The position numbers and the translations under genes were made by a program. DNA of 369 nucleotides from assembly GCF_003334385.1 (NCBI RefSeq), contig NZ_QOWN01000188.1; one strand, written 5' to 3'. This stretch comes from Escherichia coli (GTDB taxonomy: Bacteria > Pseudomonadota > Gammaproteobacteria > Enterobacterales > Enterobacteriaceae). Below are positions 1-369 of this stretch, in pieces; position 1 is the stretch's first letter, and the number at the start of each line of letters is the position of its first letter. The notes below the pieces were generated by a model. It ran no database searches and had not been told where the DNA came from. It saw only the letters and a list, made by a program, of their open reading frames with translations.

Positions 1-216
1 CAACGATTTGGCCGCCGCCTCAGCCTGTATGTGAACACGGCAGCGGAAGCCATCCGGGCGCTGTCGTTACAGGTGCCGGGCTTTCGCCGTCAGATGAACG
101 AAGGCTGGTACCAGATACGTATTGCCGGTGATGACACGGCACCGGAGGCGGTGTATGCCCGCCTTCACGAACCACTGGGTGAGGGAACGGTCATCCATAT
201 TGTGCCGCGACTGGCC
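1..216 (+). other. N-terminal ubiquitin-like (beta-grasp) portion of the gpI-like protein, N-terminally truncated by the window edge
   Basis: This stretch aligns with the N-terminal region of lambda gpI, which has been described as a ubiquitin-like fold. It shows an alternating hydrophobic and charged pattern typical of a small globular domain (LSLYVNTAAEAIRAL ... GWYQIRIAG ... GTVIHIVPR). The domain boundaries are approximate. Confidence 0.55.
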
Positions 217-369
217 GGTGCCGGAAAGGGCGGACTGCAGATTGTGCTGGGGGCGGCGGCCATCGTGGGCTCTTTCTTCACTGCCGGAGCCACGATGGCG
301 TTATGGGGTTCAGCCCTGGCAGCCGGTGGTTTTTCTGCCACCACGATGCTGTTTTCACTTGGAGCCAGC
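1..369 (+). CDS. I: Tail tip assembly protein I (lambda gpI family), internal fragment; both the start and the stop lie outside the window
   Basis: Frame 1 is open across all 123 codons, while frames 2 and 3 contain TGA stops (for example at 32-34, 95-97, 129-131, 180-182). Third codon positions are GC-rich, consistent with this frame. The translation shares blocks with lambda gpI as I recall it: QRFGRR, AEAIRAL, GWYQ(I/V)RIAG, VIHIVPR, QIVLGAAAI, GSFFTAGAT, LFSLGAS. By that recalled alignment the true start codon should sit roughly 60-70 nt upstream of position 1 and the stop a few hundred nt downstream. Confidence 0.9.
235..369 (+). other. Uncharged Gly/Ala-rich hydrophobic segment (predicted membrane-interacting or glycine-zipper-like region), continuing past the window end
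   Basis: Codons 79-123 (LQIVLGAAAIVGSFFTAGATMALWGSALAAGGFSATTMLFSLGAS) contain no charged residue (D, E, K, R, H) in 45 positions and are rich in Gly, Ala, Ser and Thr spaced among Ile, Leu, Val, Phe and Trp. This is long enough for one or two hydrophobic helices. The same character is present in the corresponding region of lambda gpI as recalled. Confidence 0.6.

Noticed and set aside
217-234. The AGAGKGG motif could be read as a Walker A / P-loop nucleotide-binding site
   Set aside because: The canonical P-loop is GxxxxGK[S/T]. Here the Lys is followed by Gly-Gly rather than Ser/Thr, the spacing of glycines does not fit, and no Walker B context is visible. It is more plausibly a flexible Gly-rich linker at the domain junction.
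11-260. GCCGCCGCC at 11-19 and its reverse complement GGCGGCGGC at 252-260, forming a distant inverted trinucleotide repeat
   Set aside because: These are short, low-complexity runs explained by GC-rich Gly/Arg/Ala codons. They are about 230 nt apart inside a coding region and have no flanking structure suggestive of a mobile-element end or regulatory hairpin.
70-300. Open stretches on the minus strand of up to about 230 nt without stop codons
   Set aside because: GC-rich coding sequence routinely produces stop-free shadow frames on the opposite strand. The plus-strand frame 1 is open across the whole window and has clear homology to a known protein family, whereas the minus-strand frames have no supporting signal and are interrupted by stops elsewhere.
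322-329. Chi-like octamer GCCGGTGG
   Set aside because: It differs by one base from the E. coli Chi site GCTGGTGG, and no exact Chi occurs on either strand in this window. It is most likely incidental to Ala-Gly-Gly codons.
1-369. Possibility that the window encodes part of a novel or undescribed system
   Set aside because: The entire window is accounted for by one fragment of a well-known lambdoid tail assembly gene. With no flanking context, nothing here supports a novel system; any accessory cargo would have to be sought outside this window.

Overview
The whole 369-bp window is an internal fragment of a single plus-strand coding sequence in frame 1 (123 codons, no stop), truncated at both ends. 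The translation (QRFGRRLSLYVNTAAEAIRALSLQVPGFRRQMNEGWYQIRIAGDDTAPEAVYARLHEPLGEGTVIHIVPRLAGAGKGGLQIVLGAAAIVGSFFTAGATMALWGSALAAGGFSATTMLFSLGAS) is recognisably a homolog of the phage lambda tail tip assembly protein I (gpI), so the window most likely lies in the tail module of a lambdoid siphovirus or prophage, probably in an enterobacterial host. No RNA gene, CRISPR array, mobile-element end, promoter or terminator is visible. I see no evidence of a novel system here: the window is fully explained by one known gene family. The points worth a second look are internal to that protein: an N-terminal ubiquitin-like portion, a Gly-Gly at the domain junction, and a long uncharged Gly/Ala-rich hydrophobic segment. 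All homology statements rest on recalled sequence, not on a database search.
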